A stretch of 64,000 nucleotides of DNA from an uncultured Nitrososphaerales archaeon (GCA_963841565.1 CAWJCY010000003.1:128001-192000), one strand, 5' to 3'; counted from the first letter of the stretch, positions 30,682 through 41,697 are shown. Program-made: numbers and translations. Notes: generated by a model not told the origin, from the letters alone.

Positions 30682-31633
30682 CTATGATACAGGGAATTGT
30701 CCACAAAGTTGGCAGTAATTTGAAAGAAAGGAAACGCAATTTCCACAACCAGGACAGGTCAATTCTGGACAGTCGCACCTCTCTTCGAGGGAAAAATTGC
30801 GCATAAAACATCTAAAGTAATGCAGGTGTTCCTTATCTCTTATAAATACACCTTCGTCCTTAACTATCCGGGCCTCCTCGACAAACGAAAAATTATTGTA
30901 GCTATTTTCAATAATTTCTCTAATTCTAGTGATTCCAGCACCCTCTTCCTGTGCCTGTTTCTTTCTCCAACAAATCTCTTCCCCTATCTCACCTCGAAAA
31001 CATCGCCGCAAGAACATTTTACCCCAAACGCTGTTTCTATAGAATCCAACCAAATCCGAGATTGGAATCAATTCGGCTACACGAACTACTTTTTCATTAA
31101 GAAATGGCGCAATGATTTTCACATTCAGACTCTCACCTAATCTAAAGGTTGGAAAGGTCATAATTGCCCTTAAACGGGATATTTCACTTTCGAGACGCGA
31201 TGGGTTATTTAAATATCTTTTCAGAAAATTGTAACCAGCAAATATTTCGTCACCACCATCACCAGTATAAACACATTTAAGCCCATTAGAATTAGCCACT
31301 TCCAAAGCGGCGTATGGAACAACAGAGTTCCTAATTGTTATTGGGTCAAATGTTTTTAAAGCGACAACGACCTTATCAATTAATCCTAACACTTCCTGAG
31401 TTGAGAGGATTCTCGTTATCTTCTTTCTAACGAATTTAAGAGCCGCCGCGTCAGCATATTTCAAGTCAGATGCTTCCGAGCCAAATCCAATAGTGATGGA
31501 GTACTCAGGCTTACGAATGGCCGTTATGATACTGCTATCTAGCCCTCCTGAAAGCGAGCACGGTATCACAAACTTCATCCCATATGGAAGATCGAATTGA
31601 ATCCCTTAACCTCCTGCATAGCATATCCTTCAC
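30682..31633 (-). CDS. Asparagine synthase-like ATP pyrophosphatase (no glutaminase domain, C-terminal Zn ribbon); one extra base near 31556
   Basis: LSGGLDSS, TGDGGDEIFAGY, WGKMFLR, WRKK, CPGC..CQLC; removing one base gives N-terminus VKDMLCRRLRDSIRSS..DTVLLSGGLDS. Confidence 0.8.
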
Positions 31634-31733
31634 TTGTAACAGAATAGGTTGACAGTCGCTATATCACTTATTCGAAGTTGTCGTTGATAATCTATTTCGT
31701 ATATGGATTGCGCTTCATCAATTCAGCATCTGA

Positions 31734-32057
31734 TTAGTTCACATTACTATATACATGATCTCGGGATTTGGAAGGATTATGCTCATTTTCAAAGTCTAGA
31801 ATTTCAGGAACTGAGGGAAGCATGGACACCATCTGCTCATATTTTCTGAGATAGAAAACACCTGATTCAGTCGTCTTATATAGTCCAGTTGTTTCAGAAT
31901 ATTCAATTAGCCCCTTTTCTATTCCAACGGCCAGATATCTTATTAGTTGTGAGTGTGAAATTGCCGCAGTATTCATTATACTTGTCTTATATTCCCAACT
32001 GCTAGTTGCAGAGCGGAGAATTGAAGCCATGACTTCAATATCTGAGCGGTTCTTCAT
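31734..32057 (-). CDS. Winged-helix DNA-binding protein (HTH_45-like)
   Basis: RSDIEVMASIL..KTSIMNTAAISHSQL.RYL...GLI..YKTTESG..YL. Confidence 0.85.
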   Translation of the reverse strand: MKNRSDIEVMASILRSATSSWEYKTSIMNTAAISHSQLIRYLAVGIEKGLIEYSETTGLYKTTESGVFYLRKYEQMVSMLPSVPEILDFENEHNPSKSRDHVYSNVN

Positions 32058-32296
32058 CGGTAGCCAATTTCTGAATTGACGTAAGAGAATAAAAAATGGT
32101 TTGACAAATTATAACGACAATATGTTTGGATAATTCTCACGTGTTTGAGATCTATCTGTATCAAGCAGCCGTAAACTCTGATCAAACATCACGAAAATTG
32201 TATAGTGACAAATTTCAAGCTTCCATGGCCTTACGATCCAAATCATTAAAGAATGAGAAATACAATTTTATATGAACTTCAGATGATTTCAAATTC

Positions 32297-33634
32297 ATGA
32301 AAAAGAATGCAATAAAGAAATGCATTAACCCAAAATGTGGAAAAACTTTCGATATCATTAGCGGAGCCTATTCATGTTCTTGCAATTCTCTGTTAGATAT
32401 TACTTACCTTGACAAACCGAAACAGGAGTTAATAGAAGTATTCTACTCACGGAGAAATCACGGTGGAAATATATATAATGAAAGCGGGGTATGGCGTTTT
32501 CGCGATCTTATTAATTTTCTTGGAATAGATACAGAAGACTTGGATGAGTGCGCACAAATACTTGTATCTCTCGACGGGGCAGAAGGGAGACTGTCAAAAC
32601 CGTACCGGATGAGTAAAGTTGCAGAATACGTCAGCTTGAAACAGGACTGCCTCCTGCTACAGCCGGAAGGCTACAATCCAAGCGGATCATTTAAGGACAA
32701 TGGCATGTCTACAGCAATAACGCACGCGAAAGCCACCGGCGTGAACATGATTATATGTGCATCCACCGGAAATACTTCCGCTTCGGCAGCCATGTACGCA
32801 GCCAATGAAAATATGAGATGTGAAGTTTATATTCCAAAAGGAGAAATTGCTGCTGGAAAACTAGGGCAAGCTTTCCAATTTGGTGCCCAAGTAATTCAGG
32901 TGGATGGAAACTTTGATGATGCTCTCAATCAATCGTTAGCAAAGGTAAATCTTCATAATGGATACACCGTGAATTCTGTGAATCCCTTTAGGTTGGAAGG
33001 CCAAAAGACAATAGTATACAGGATATTAGAAAATTTAGATTGGAACCCCCCGGACTGGCTTGTATATCCTGGCGGAGCGCTGGGAAATACCGCTAGTTGC
33101 GGAAAATGTCTAATGGAATTATATGATTGGGGATGGATTAAGAAGGTCCCTCGGTTGGTTGTTGTGAATTCAACCGGTGCAAATACGTTCTATGAACTAG
33201 TTAATGGGAAATTTGAAGGTCAAAAACTTACCTGGAATGCTGGAAATTTCAATACTAATCTGTTGGACAGATACTATGCCTACAAGGACAGTAAGGCATT
33301 ACTGCCCAAAACTAAAGCAACGGCGATTCAAATTGGAAAACCTGCAAACATAGCTAAAGCTCTTCGAGCGATAGAATTCACAGATGGAGTTGTAGTCCAA
33401 GTGAATGATAAAGAGATGAGTCATGGCATGGCAGTTGTAGGCCTGAACGGATTTGACTGTGAAATGGCATCTGGCGCAGTCCCTGCAGGCATCAAGGCAC
33501 TAAGGGAACAAGAGGTGATAAAAAGTGATGATATTGCAGTAGGGGTGCTAACAGGGAGGCAGAAGGACCCAGCGTTGGCTGTAGAATACCACTCCGACCC
33601 AAAAAACTTGTTCGCGAGACCCCCAATTGTTTAG
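32297..33634 (+). CDS. thrC: Threonine synthase
   Basis: NPSGSFKDNGM, CASTGNTSAS, NSVNPFRLEGQKT, ATAIQIG. Confidence 0.94.
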   Translation: MKKNAIKKCINPKCGKTFDIISGAYSCSCNSLLDITYLDKPKQELIEVFYSRRNHGGNIYNESGVWRFRDLINFLGIDTEDLDECAQILVSLDGAEGRLSKPYRMSKVAEYVSLKQDCLLLQPEGYNPSGSFKDNGMSTAITHAKATGVNMIICASTGNTSASAAMYAANENMRCEVYIPKGEIAAGKLGQAFQFGAQVIQVDGNFDDALNQSLAKVNLHNGYTVNSVNPFRLEGQKTIVYRILENLDWNPPDWLVYPGGALGNTASCGKCLMELYDWGWIKKVPRLVVVNSTGANTFYELVNGKFEGQKLTWNAGNFNTNLLDRYYAYKDSKALLPKTKATAIQIGKPANIAKALRAIEFTDGVVVQVNDKEMSHGMAVVGLNGFDCEMASGAVPAGIKALREQEVIKSDDIAVGVLTGRQKDPALAVEYHSDPKNLFARPPIV

Positions 33635-33659
33635 ATCCATCAAGGCCAAGTCTGTTCTA

Positions 33660-34628
33660 TCACAAGTTTGTAAGTTTTAAGAACGGATGAGCAGCTAATA
33701 TGTAGCTAACAAGCAACAATGTCCCAGTAATCCGAGCGAGAACCAGAGTAGATTCCATGGCAACTAACAATCCTTCCGGCTCTGCCTTCTTCATTCCTTT
33801 TACCGCTTTGAAGAAGTAGGGTATTGAAATGAAGCAGATTAATGAGTAGATTACAATGAGATTAAATACAACTCCTAAAATAATCAAAATAAAAGGTGAA
33901 ACAAGAAGTATAGGATACAATCTAAATGCCTGCTCTTTGCCTAGGCTAATTGCGAGCGTTTTCCTTCCTTTAGATTTATCCGCATCAAAGTCTGGGAAGG
34001 ATGTTATGAACAAAACACAGCCTGATAGTACCCCCAGTATTATGCCATTATAAAATGGAATGAAATCAACCGAATTTGTCAGGACGTAGTATGTGCCAAA
34101 CACGATAAGAGCACCTTTAAGGGCAACAAAAAATTCCCCAAGTCCTCTGTAAACAAGTTTATTTGAATAAGTGTAAACCGAAAAAACAGCAATTCCTAGA
34201 ATAACTCCGACTATTGGACCTCTCAATACGATAAAATATATCCCTATAAGAGATCCCATAATGAGGAACAATAACCCAACAATGTAAACGTGCTTCGCTT
34301 TAAGGAGACCGGTGGGCAATACTCCTGTACCACCACTAAATTTTGTTCGTCTTGTGATTTTGTCTATTCCTTTTACGTAGTCCCAATAGTCATTCAACAG
34401 ATCTATGCTAAAATGTAGGAATACTACGCCTGCAAGAATGAGTAGAGTGAAAGAAATGTTAACCTGAGCAGTCTCATAGTAGACTATGGATACTCCTAAA
34501 AGAACTGCTATGACCGAAGATAGTACAAACCTTAGTCTTACTACTCTAGACCATGCATACAATGGATTCCTAATTTCCATTTCTTTACTGTTGTCACCAA
34601 GCCCTTCATTCTTATCGCTGACTTTCAC
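33660..34628 (-). CDS. menA: UbiA-family prenyltransferase, MenA-like
   Basis: NDYWDYVKGID, FSGG, YRGLGE, FPDFDADKSKGRKTL; multiple TM helices. Confidence 0.8.
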   Translation of the reverse strand: MKVSDKNEGLGDNSKEMEIRNPLYAWSRVVRLRFVLSSVIAVLLGVSIVYYETAQVNISFTLLILAGVVFLHFSIDLLNDYWDYVKGIDKITRRTKFSGGTGVLPTGLLKAKHVYIVGLLFLIMGSLIGIYFIVLRGPIVGVILGIAVFSVYTYSNKLVYRGLGEFFVALKGALIVFGTYYVLTNSVDFIPFYNGIILGVLSGCVLFITSFPDFDADKSKGRKTLAISLGKEQAFRLYPILLVSPFILIILGVVFNLIVIYSLICFISIPYFFKAVKGMKKAEPEGLLVAMESTLVLARITGTLLLVSYILAAHPFLKLTNL

Positions 34629-34679
34629 AAATATAAAATAGTGATCGCAATTACATCATGATTACGAGTAAAGACATTT

Positions 34680-35465
34680 ATGAATTTTGAAGTGGCTAAT
34701 TTGAAGGTCGCCATTGGCTCCTGCGTTTTCGGAAGGCAGATTAGGAGTTTTAAGGAAATCTCTTCAACCCAAGATTATGCCATCTCGATTGCTGAAAAAG
34801 AACCCTATTGTCATGGCGTGGTCGTAATATCAGAATCTCAATTATTTGGACGTGGTAGAATGGGGAGGAGGTGGATATCACCACCTGGAGGGTTGTGGTT
34901 CTCAGTAATAATTAAGTCGGATATAAAGACAAGTTCCAGTCTATTTCTGTCTTATGCAATGTCATTGGCAGTGTGTGAAACAATAACAAATAATTTCAAT
35001 CTAGAAGCCTTCATTAAGTGGCCCAATGATGTTCTTATTAAAGCAAGAAAAGTGGCCGGTATTCTGATAAACTCTGCGGTTCGTGGAGAGGACTTGGAAT
35101 ACTGTGTTGTTGGAGTAGGAATAAATTTGAATGCAAGGCCACAAGGGCTAAAAGGATCAACTTCATTAGTTGAACACACCTGCCAGTCATCGATTGCCTT
35201 AGAAACTTTCTTAGCCTCCGTTCTTGCTCTTTTCAATAACTACTATGATGAAATACAGTCTGGAAACTGGGATTTGATCACGAAGCGCTGGAAATTGTAT
35301 TGTCCCATGATGGGAAAGAGGATCAAGCTAGTAGGGAATGGAATTCAATTAGATGGGGTAGCCAGCAATATTGATTCAGATGGTTTCCTGATATTGGTTA
35401 CACCCGGGGGCCAAAAAATCAAAATTTCAGATACACAAGCGGCGTCAATAAAAATCAAATCTTGA
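34680..35465 (+). CDS. birA: Biotin--protein ligase (no N-terminal HTH)
   Basis: SSTQD, Q..GRGRMGRRW.SP, KWPNDV, KVAGIL, GVGINLN. Confidence 0.93.
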   Translation: MNFEVANLKVAIGSCVFGRQIRSFKEISSTQDYAISIAEKEPYCHGVVVISESQLFGRGRMGRRWISPPGGLWFSVIIKSDIKTSSSLFLSYAMSLAVCETITNNFNLEAFIKWPNDVLIKARKVAGILINSAVRGEDLEYCVVGVGINLNARPQGLKGSTSLVEHTCQSSIALETFLASVLALFNNYYDEIQSGNWDLITKRWKLYCPMMGKRIKLVGNGIQLDGVASNIDSDGFLILVTPGGQKIKISDTQAASIKIKS

Positions 35466-35479
35466 AACAGTTACAATAC

Positions 35480-36919
35480 TTAACTCCTATTACTGCTTGT
35501 TAGCCTACATATCACATTCACATCATTCACATTGGTCAACGTCTTTCCTGTAATTATCTGGGAACCCAATTTCGTGAAGGCGAGCACTGCTGTCATGATT
35601 CTTTAGATATCTTCGTAATTCTTCTTTTGTGCTAGGACTATCATGACTCACCATCGTGCCTGTAACCAATGCCCCGGCCGCCATAGAATTACCATCTATC
35701 CCATCCGTCCCTACGCAGCAAATTGAGACATCTCGTCCAGCTGAAATCTCAAGCGACAAAAGGGCGTGTAGTGCTGCCTTCCTGATTCCGACCACCGGTT
35801 CCATTTTTCCCTTGCTTATTCAGTCGGACAGTTGTTTCTCCACCAAGGACGATCGCAAATGGGACCGACAATGATTTCAACCCATTAGTCATAAAGGAAA
35901 GCCATTTCCCGTGTTCTGCCACGTCTCCGCCAAAATGAGAACCCAATACCAGTGTATCTATTTTTTTTGACCTTAAATAGCCCGAGGCTGCACCGCAAGC
36001 TGTCGCGTTATTCCCGAGTATAGCGTAATCAGCTTTTCTGTGATATTTGAATCTATTCTGACGACCTTTCATCTCAACTTCGATGCCATTTGTGATAATA
36101 TTCCTAATTCTCTCCGTGTGTGAATTATCAATATTCCAAATATCGTACTTTGACAATATTCTCTTCGCATCGATGAATGAAGTATCATTAGGAAATGTAG
36201 GACCCGAGGCAATTGTCTGAATTTCGTCACCGATTACGTCGGAAATTACAAGAGTCAAAAAGGTAGTTGATGAGGGTGAGAATCGGATCAATTTCCCCCC
36301 CTTTACCTGTGAAAGGTGCATTCTTACTACATTCATATCTTGGATTGCGAGCCCCTGACGAGAGCAATGAATGCGTTACATATCTCTTATCAGCCAATGT
36401 AATCCCTTTCACAGGAAGAGACAAGAGAGCAGATCCTCCTCCCGACAATAGCACAAAAACTAGGTCATTAGGTTTGGCCCGCTGAAGAATACTTACAATT
36501 CTTTCGGTACCTTTAATGCTATTAGCGTCAGGTAACGGATGCCCAGCTTCAACTACATCTATTTCACGTATCCTTTTTGAAGTCCCGTATGGGGTGATAA
36601 TTGATCCCGAAATATGCGAAGAATTATCCCTGCTTTTTTGAAGCACTTTTAATAGGCCCATTGCCATGGGCACAGAGGCCTTTCCAGCGCCGACTATGAA
36701 GAACTCGTCATATTTCGTTAAGTCATATGTTAATGTTTTATTTCTAATATCAGATACTATCAGTCTACCTTGATTCCTGCTAACAGCCTTTGATATCAAT
36801 TTCACAGGTTCAACCCCTGTTATGGCTGCTTCCACTGCAGATAATGCGAATTTGGCTGAAGTGAGTCCATGGTACCTTTTCAATATAGAGTTCTTGTTGT
36901 GGATAGTCGAATTTGTCAT
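35480..36919 (-). CDS. Glycerate 2-kinase (MOFRL/DUF4147), interrupted by three single-base insertions (about 36349, 35777, 35582); error or pseudogene
   Basis: GAGKAS, HPLPD, LLSGGGSAL | HLSQVKGG, SDVIGD, IASGPT, GGETTV, GGRNQE | GTDGIDG | ITGKTLTNVND in four successive frames. Confidence 0.85.
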
Positions 36920-37159
36920 CTGATATGTGCGACTTAGGATGAATTAATCTAGATATGAAGATTAGTATCCCGATTGTAAATTTTCTTGCATCTATTTGTA
37001 AAAATAATGCGAAAAAAACCTTTGCAAATTGGCTAAGCACCTGCACATCTTTACAAATCATTTCAATAGTTGCCAAAAGGACAAATGATTATTCATGAAG
37101 AGCATTTACAGTTTCTAATTTTTCTCAAGATACATTAATCTAGGAATTAATGCAGAGAT

Positions 37160-37534
37160 ATGTTGCTCGTGCTAGATAAAATGGTGCTGGATCTTAAATT
37201 GAAAGGTCTGTCGGGAAGAAGGGGACTTATGTTTGTTCCTTACTACGGAAGATCCCGGGCATTTATCGGCAATTATAGATCATGGAAAGAGTTCAATTCA
37301 GATGGGCGGATCGCAGAAATAGCAAGCTCCTTATTAAGTCATGAAACGCTCCATCTCACCCTCAACAAGATATCCTTTAGTGCTTCTGCGCAATTGGATG
37401 AACTTTTTGGTCAGTCAAACTATTGGGAGAAATACACCCATGGATTGGGTGAACTTGAAAATATGCAAAGCCACAGACTTCCTCCTTCAAAGAATGCTGG
37501 AAAGCGTGCCAGAAAAAGAAATAGAAAGAAATAA
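37160..37534 (+). CDS. Hypothetical protein with HExxH motif
   Basis: LLSHETLH zincin-like motif; basic C-terminal tail. Confidence 0.6.
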   Translation: MLLVLDKMVLDLKLKGLSGRRGLMFVPYYGRSRAFIGNYRSWKEFNSDGRIAEIASSLLSHETLHLTLNKISFSASAQLDELFGQSNYWEKYTHGLGELENMQSHRLPPSKNAGKRARKRNRKK

Positions 37535-37729
37535 CATCCTGACACGCTAGTTATAGCGTCTTAGTGGTTTCTATGATAACTCCCCTCTGCCACAGATAAT
37601 AATTAAATTCAAGTTTATTGTCATAGATGGAAATTGATTGATTTTTGAAAACGAGCTGACGACCTCGTACTTGTGAATTTGAAACCCCAGTGAAAATAAA
37701 TATGGTCTGTATTCCAGATAAAGCAAATT

Positions 37730-39139
37730 TTGCCTTCAAAGAGGAAAACGGACCTACATTTTGTCAAGCTTGATGTGCCAGCTGATCAATTCAAAGTATT
37801 CAAAAGTATTTACAGGATATTTGATACCGTTTTCCTGTTAGAATCATTACAAGGACCCAAAGAATTATCGGAAATCTCTATTATTGGCTTCGACCCTTTG
37901 AGTAAAGTTACTATTGAAAACGATAATGTTACTATAATTAAGGGAGAAAATTCAACACAATATGATAAAACAGATGACCCCCTATCACCTATCAAGGGTA
38001 TACTCCCACATGTAGAGGACCAGCGCTTTCGGTACGTTGGCGGGGCAGTCGGATACATTTCTTATGACGCCGTCAACTCCTGGGAAAATCTGAGGTCGAA
38101 AAATAAGAAAAGGAAATTCCTTTCGGACAGATTTCCAATGCTTGAATTCGGTATTTACACCGACGGGATCATAGTGGATCACGCCGAAACCAAGGTATAT
38201 TACTTTTATCAGGGCAGAACTTCACGTATCGATCAAGTATCGAAAATTCTTAGGAGTCATGACGAAGAGGATTTTGGAGAGCACTTTAATTTCACTCCGC
38301 CTATCAACAATGTCTCAAGAAATCAGTATATGGATATGGTGAAAAAAGCAAAGGAATTTATCTATCGGGGAGATATTTTCCAAGCAGTTCTATCCAGAAA
38401 TTTGCGATTCATTATTCAGGGCGATCCGTTATGCGTTTATCAGAGTCTAAGACGGATCAATCCATCTCCTTATATGTATTTTCTAAAAACTAGTCGTGGA
38501 GTCCAGATTATTGGCTCCAGCCCAGAGATGCTGTTGCGCGTTTCAAAGGGTTATTTAGAAACATATCCTATTGCTGGTACCAGGCCTGTTGTTACCGAAC
38601 CTGAAACTAATGAAAAGCTCATGAGGGAGCTCGTGAATGACAAAAAGGAAATTGCGGAACACACAATGTTAGTCGATTTGGCTAGAAACGACGTGGGTAA
38701 AGTTAGTAAGTATGGGTCAGTAAATGTTAAAGATCTGATGGCAGTAAAGCGCTTCAGCCACGTTCAGCACATGGTTACTCATGTATCAGGCTCATTACGA
38801 AATTCATTTGATTACTTCGATGCCTTTAAGGCTCTCTTTCCAGCTGGGACGGTATCGGGCGCACCGAAAATACGGGCAATGGAAATTATAAACGGATTGG
38901 AGCCTACGAGAAGAGGTCCTTATGCAGGCGCGCTAGGGTATTTTTCTTCGAACGGCTCGTGCGATTTTGCGATTATTCTGCGGTCACTTTTTATCCGAGG
39001 AAATGAGGCATACTCCCAAGCAGGTGCAGGAATTGTCATGGAATCAGACCCTTCTACTGAGTGGAACGAAACAGAACAGAAGCTAAATGCAATCCTTCTT
39101 GCCTTGAAAGATTCTAAGATATATGGGAAGGAAATATAG
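37730..39139 (+). CDS. trpE: Anthranilate synthase component I
   Basis: LLES, GDIFQAVLS, NPSPYMY, SSPE, PIAGT, EHTMLVDLARND, FPAGTVSGAPK. Confidence 0.92.
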   Translation: MPSKRKTDLHFVKLDVPADQFKVFKSIYRIFDTVFLLESLQGPKELSEISIIGFDPLSKVTIENDNVTIIKGENSTQYDKTDDPLSPIKGILPHVEDQRFRYVGGAVGYISYDAVNSWENLRSKNKKRKFLSDRFPMLEFGIYTDGIIVDHAETKVYYFYQGRTSRIDQVSKILRSHDEEDFGEHFNFTPPINNVSRNQYMDMVKKAKEFIYRGDIFQAVLSRNLRFIIQGDPLCVYQSLRRINPSPYMYFLKTSRGVQIIGSSPEMLLRVSKGYLETYPIAGTRPVVTEPETNEKLMRELVNDKKEIAEHTMLVDLARNDVGKVSKYGSVNVKDLMAVKRFSHVQHMVTHVSGSLRNSFDYFDAFKALFPAGTVSGAPKIRAMEIINGLEPTRRGPYAGALGYFSSNGSCDFAIILRSLFIRGNEAYSQAGAGIVMESDPSTEWNETEQKLNAILLALKDSKIYGKEI

Positions 39140-39182
39140 TTAACTGGCAATTATTTTCTCAGAGTAAGGATTCATTTCAAGC

Positions 39183-39353
39183 TTAAGCCTTTTCCATACG
39201 CAAGTCGAAATCAGACGGGTTCAAGCTAACCCCGCATGAGTTGCATCTTCCATTAAAGGGTCTTAATACATCCTTGACAGATTTTATGTTGATGATTCTA
39301 TTAATTCTACCCCCACATTTTTCACAAACTATTTCTATTGAAGGAAATGACAT
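39183..39353 (-). CDS. 56-aa Zn-ribbon microprotein (not in ORF track)
   Basis: MSFPSIEIVCEKCGGRINRIINIKSVKDVLRPFNGRCNSCGVSLNPSDFDLRMEKA*; two CxxCG knuckles. Confidence 0.75.
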   Translation of the reverse strand: MSFPSIEIVCEKCGGRINRIINIKSVKDVLRPFNGRCNSCGVSLNPSDFDLRMEKA

Positions 39354-39525
39354 TAAGAGATACCTGTATCTTCGAATTCCTGAATATGAAATGATTTGTA
39401 AATTAACTTAAACTCTTTACTATGGTTATGCTAGATGGATATGTTCGCTGACTGAAAGTGGAGCCCGTGAATTAACTATTGTAGGCAAGAAAGAATAAAT
39501 AACAAAACCGGGCCAATAACAGTTC

Positions 39526-39675
39526 TTGCCTCTGGATCCTGTATGTGGGATAGAGTTATCACAGGAGTTAGCAGTCCCATTGAATTATCATGGCAAAGAA
39601 TACTTTTTCTGCTGTGAGGGGTGTAAGGGCATCTTTACCAGGAAGCCTAAAAAGTATTCAGGACGGAAGACTTGA
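39526..39675 (+). CDS. 49-aa YHS/TRASH metal-binding protein (not in ORF track)
   Basis: TTG start; MPLDPVCGIEL...YHGKEYFFCCEGCKGIFTRKPKKY matches the DPVCG...YxFCsxxC...FxxxPxxY pattern. Confidence 0.85.
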   Translation: MPLDPVCGIELSQELAVPLNYHGKEYFFCCEGCKGIFTRKPKKYSGRKT

Positions 39676-39730
39676 AATCTGCCTATCACTTGGTAAGTAT
39701 GCTCAGATACAGCAAGAACCGTGAATTTTC

Positions 39731-40771
39731 ATGAAGGCAGTTTTTGTTGATCCTCCTAATGGGGTGGTTGTAAGGAATGTTCCGTCGCCATATCCGAAGG
39801 AGGATGAAATTGTCGTCCGAATGAATGTATGTGGGTTATGCGGCTCCGATCTGGAGAAAACCAGAATCTCGTATGGGATGGGTTCTACCAAATTGGGCCA
39901 TGAACCTGTGGGTGAGATAATCAAGGTGGGAAACAAAGTTACTGGTTTCAAGGAAATGGAACGAGTCTTTACACATCACCATGTTCCGTGCTATTCATGC
40001 TACTACTGTTCGCATAACTCCGAAACTATGTGTGATTCGTATCAATCAAACAACTTGGAACCATGTGGATTATCTGAAGAATTTCTTGTTTCATCTATGC
40101 ATCTCCAAAGAGGAGGAGTTCTCAAGCTTCCAATATCTATAACTGATGAAGAGGCTTCATTGATTGAACCTCTGGCATGTTGCATAAGAGCCCTTACCAA
40201 ATGTGATCTGAAGAGTATGGAAGATATCGTAATCTTGGGAGCTGGACCAGTGGGTATGATGAATGCTCTATTAGCGAGGGATGCAGGAGTCAATAGGGTG
40301 GTTTTGATTGATCCCAATGAATTCAGATTGGATTTTGGCAAAAGGATGGGATTTGAGGTAATACATCCTGTAAAGGACGAGGAGAAAACGAGGAGCCTAA
40401 AAGGAGTTCTTTCCGGTAGAGGGGCAGACCTCGTTGTTGTTGCTACCGGCAATCAAAAAGCATTTACTCAGTCTTTAAGAATTGTGAGAAAGGGTGGGTC
40501 AATCATTCTTTTTGGCGTTCCCCCAAAATCGTCTTTTGTGGAAGTTGATCTTTCAATTCTGTATGCCAACGAGATTTCGATCCTGTCTTCGTACGCAGCG
40601 ACAGAGCGAGAAACCAATCAAGCTTTAAAGCTTTTGGGTAATAGGCGCTTGAATTTTGAAAGTCTGATAACGCATCAATTTGACTTAGAGAGCTCTGAAT
40701 CGGCTTTTAGGTGCGCCCATGATGCACTTGACGCTATGAAGGTTGTGATTTTCAATCAGAAAAAGAAATAA
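39731..40771 (+). CDS. Zn-dependent medium-chain dehydrogenase (sorbitol/threonine DH-like)
   Basis: GLCGSD, GHE, CYSCYYC...C, EPLAC, GAGPVG. Confidence 0.9.
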   Translation: MKAVFVDPPNGVVVRNVPSPYPKEDEIVVRMNVCGLCGSDLEKTRISYGMGSTKLGHEPVGEIIKVGNKVTGFKEMERVFTHHHVPCYSCYYCSHNSETMCDSYQSNNLEPCGLSEEFLVSSMHLQRGGVLKLPISITDEEASLIEPLACCIRALTKCDLKSMEDIVILGAGPVGMMNALLARDAGVNRVVLIDPNEFRLDFGKRMGFEVIHPVKDEEKTRSLKGVLSGRGADLVVVATGNQKAFTQSLRIVRKGGSIILFGVPPKSSFVEVDLSILYANEISILSSYAATERETNQALKLLGNRRLNFESLITHQFDLESSESAFRCAHDALDAMKVVIFNQKKK

Positions 40772-40809
40772 TAGGGTCTAATCGTCGATTTGTACGAGTT
40801 AGAAAAGTC

Positions 40810-41623
40810 ATGAATTGGGGGATGAAAAATAGGTTGTCCCAGATTATGGGCCAGGATGATGGGCGATGTGTGATGCTCGCAGTAGATCACGGTTACTTTT
40901 TAGGCCCAACAGAAGGACTAGAAACTCCTCGAGAGGTTATCAGTCCTTTGTTGCCATTTGCTGATTCAATTATGCTAACTAGAGGTATTCTTAGGACATC
41001 TGTCCGCCCAGAGTCATGCGTTCCGGTAGTACTTCGGGTCTCTGGAGGAAGTAGCATAATTGGAGAAGACCTTTCCAAGGAGGCAGTAATCGCAAGTATC
41101 GAAGACGCCATCCGGCTTAACGCAAGTTGTCTTGCTGTATCAGTGTTCATTGGAAGCAAATATGAACAGCAAACTTTAATGAATCTAGCTAGACTAGTCG
41201 ACGAAGGTGAAAGGTATGGTATTCCAATTCTAGCGGTTACAGCAGTGGGAAGAGAAATGTCTCGCGACTCAAGATATTTGGGACTTTCTTGTAGAATTGC
41301 TGCAGAATTTGGAGCTCACATTGTTAAGACTTATTATTGCAATGACTTTGACACAGTTGTGAGGTCCTGTCCGGTACCACTGGTTATTGCTGGAGGTAAA
41401 AAACTCGATGAAAAAGATGCCTTGAAGCTCAGCTCATGACGCAATCTCGTCTGGGGCATCAGGAGTAGACATGGGTAGAAATATTTGGCAATCAAAAACT
41501 CCGGTCTCTATGATTAAGGCAGTGAGGTCTATTGTTCATGAAGGCCTAGGTGTTGAGGAAGCATATAGTACCTTCGTTCATCAGCCGGCTAATGAAAACG
41601 TGACAACGAAACTCCAAAAGTGA
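40810..41623 (+). CDS. lsrF: LsrF-like class I aldolase/thiolase; one extra base near 41430
   Basis: MLAVDHGYFLGP, GAHIVKTYY, VIAGGKK; the C-terminus AHDAISSGASGVDMGRNIWQS continues in the next frame to TGA 41623. Confidence 0.88.
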
Positions 41624-41697
41624 ATTGTCTGAGTTTTAACTTTAGAATAACACTTATAAATTATAACGAGCATCTGGTCAGATACATAATTTGAAAT

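Noticed and set aside
35480-36919. Glycerate kinase as three separate genes or a decayed pseudogene
   Set aside because: All motifs are intact with no in-frame stops after repair, and all three insertions lie at GCWGC motifs; cannot be fully excluded without reads
37535-37729. Trp leader peptide upstream of trpE
   Set aside because: No initiated ORF containing Trp codons found; the minus-strand ORF 37551-37739 looks spurious
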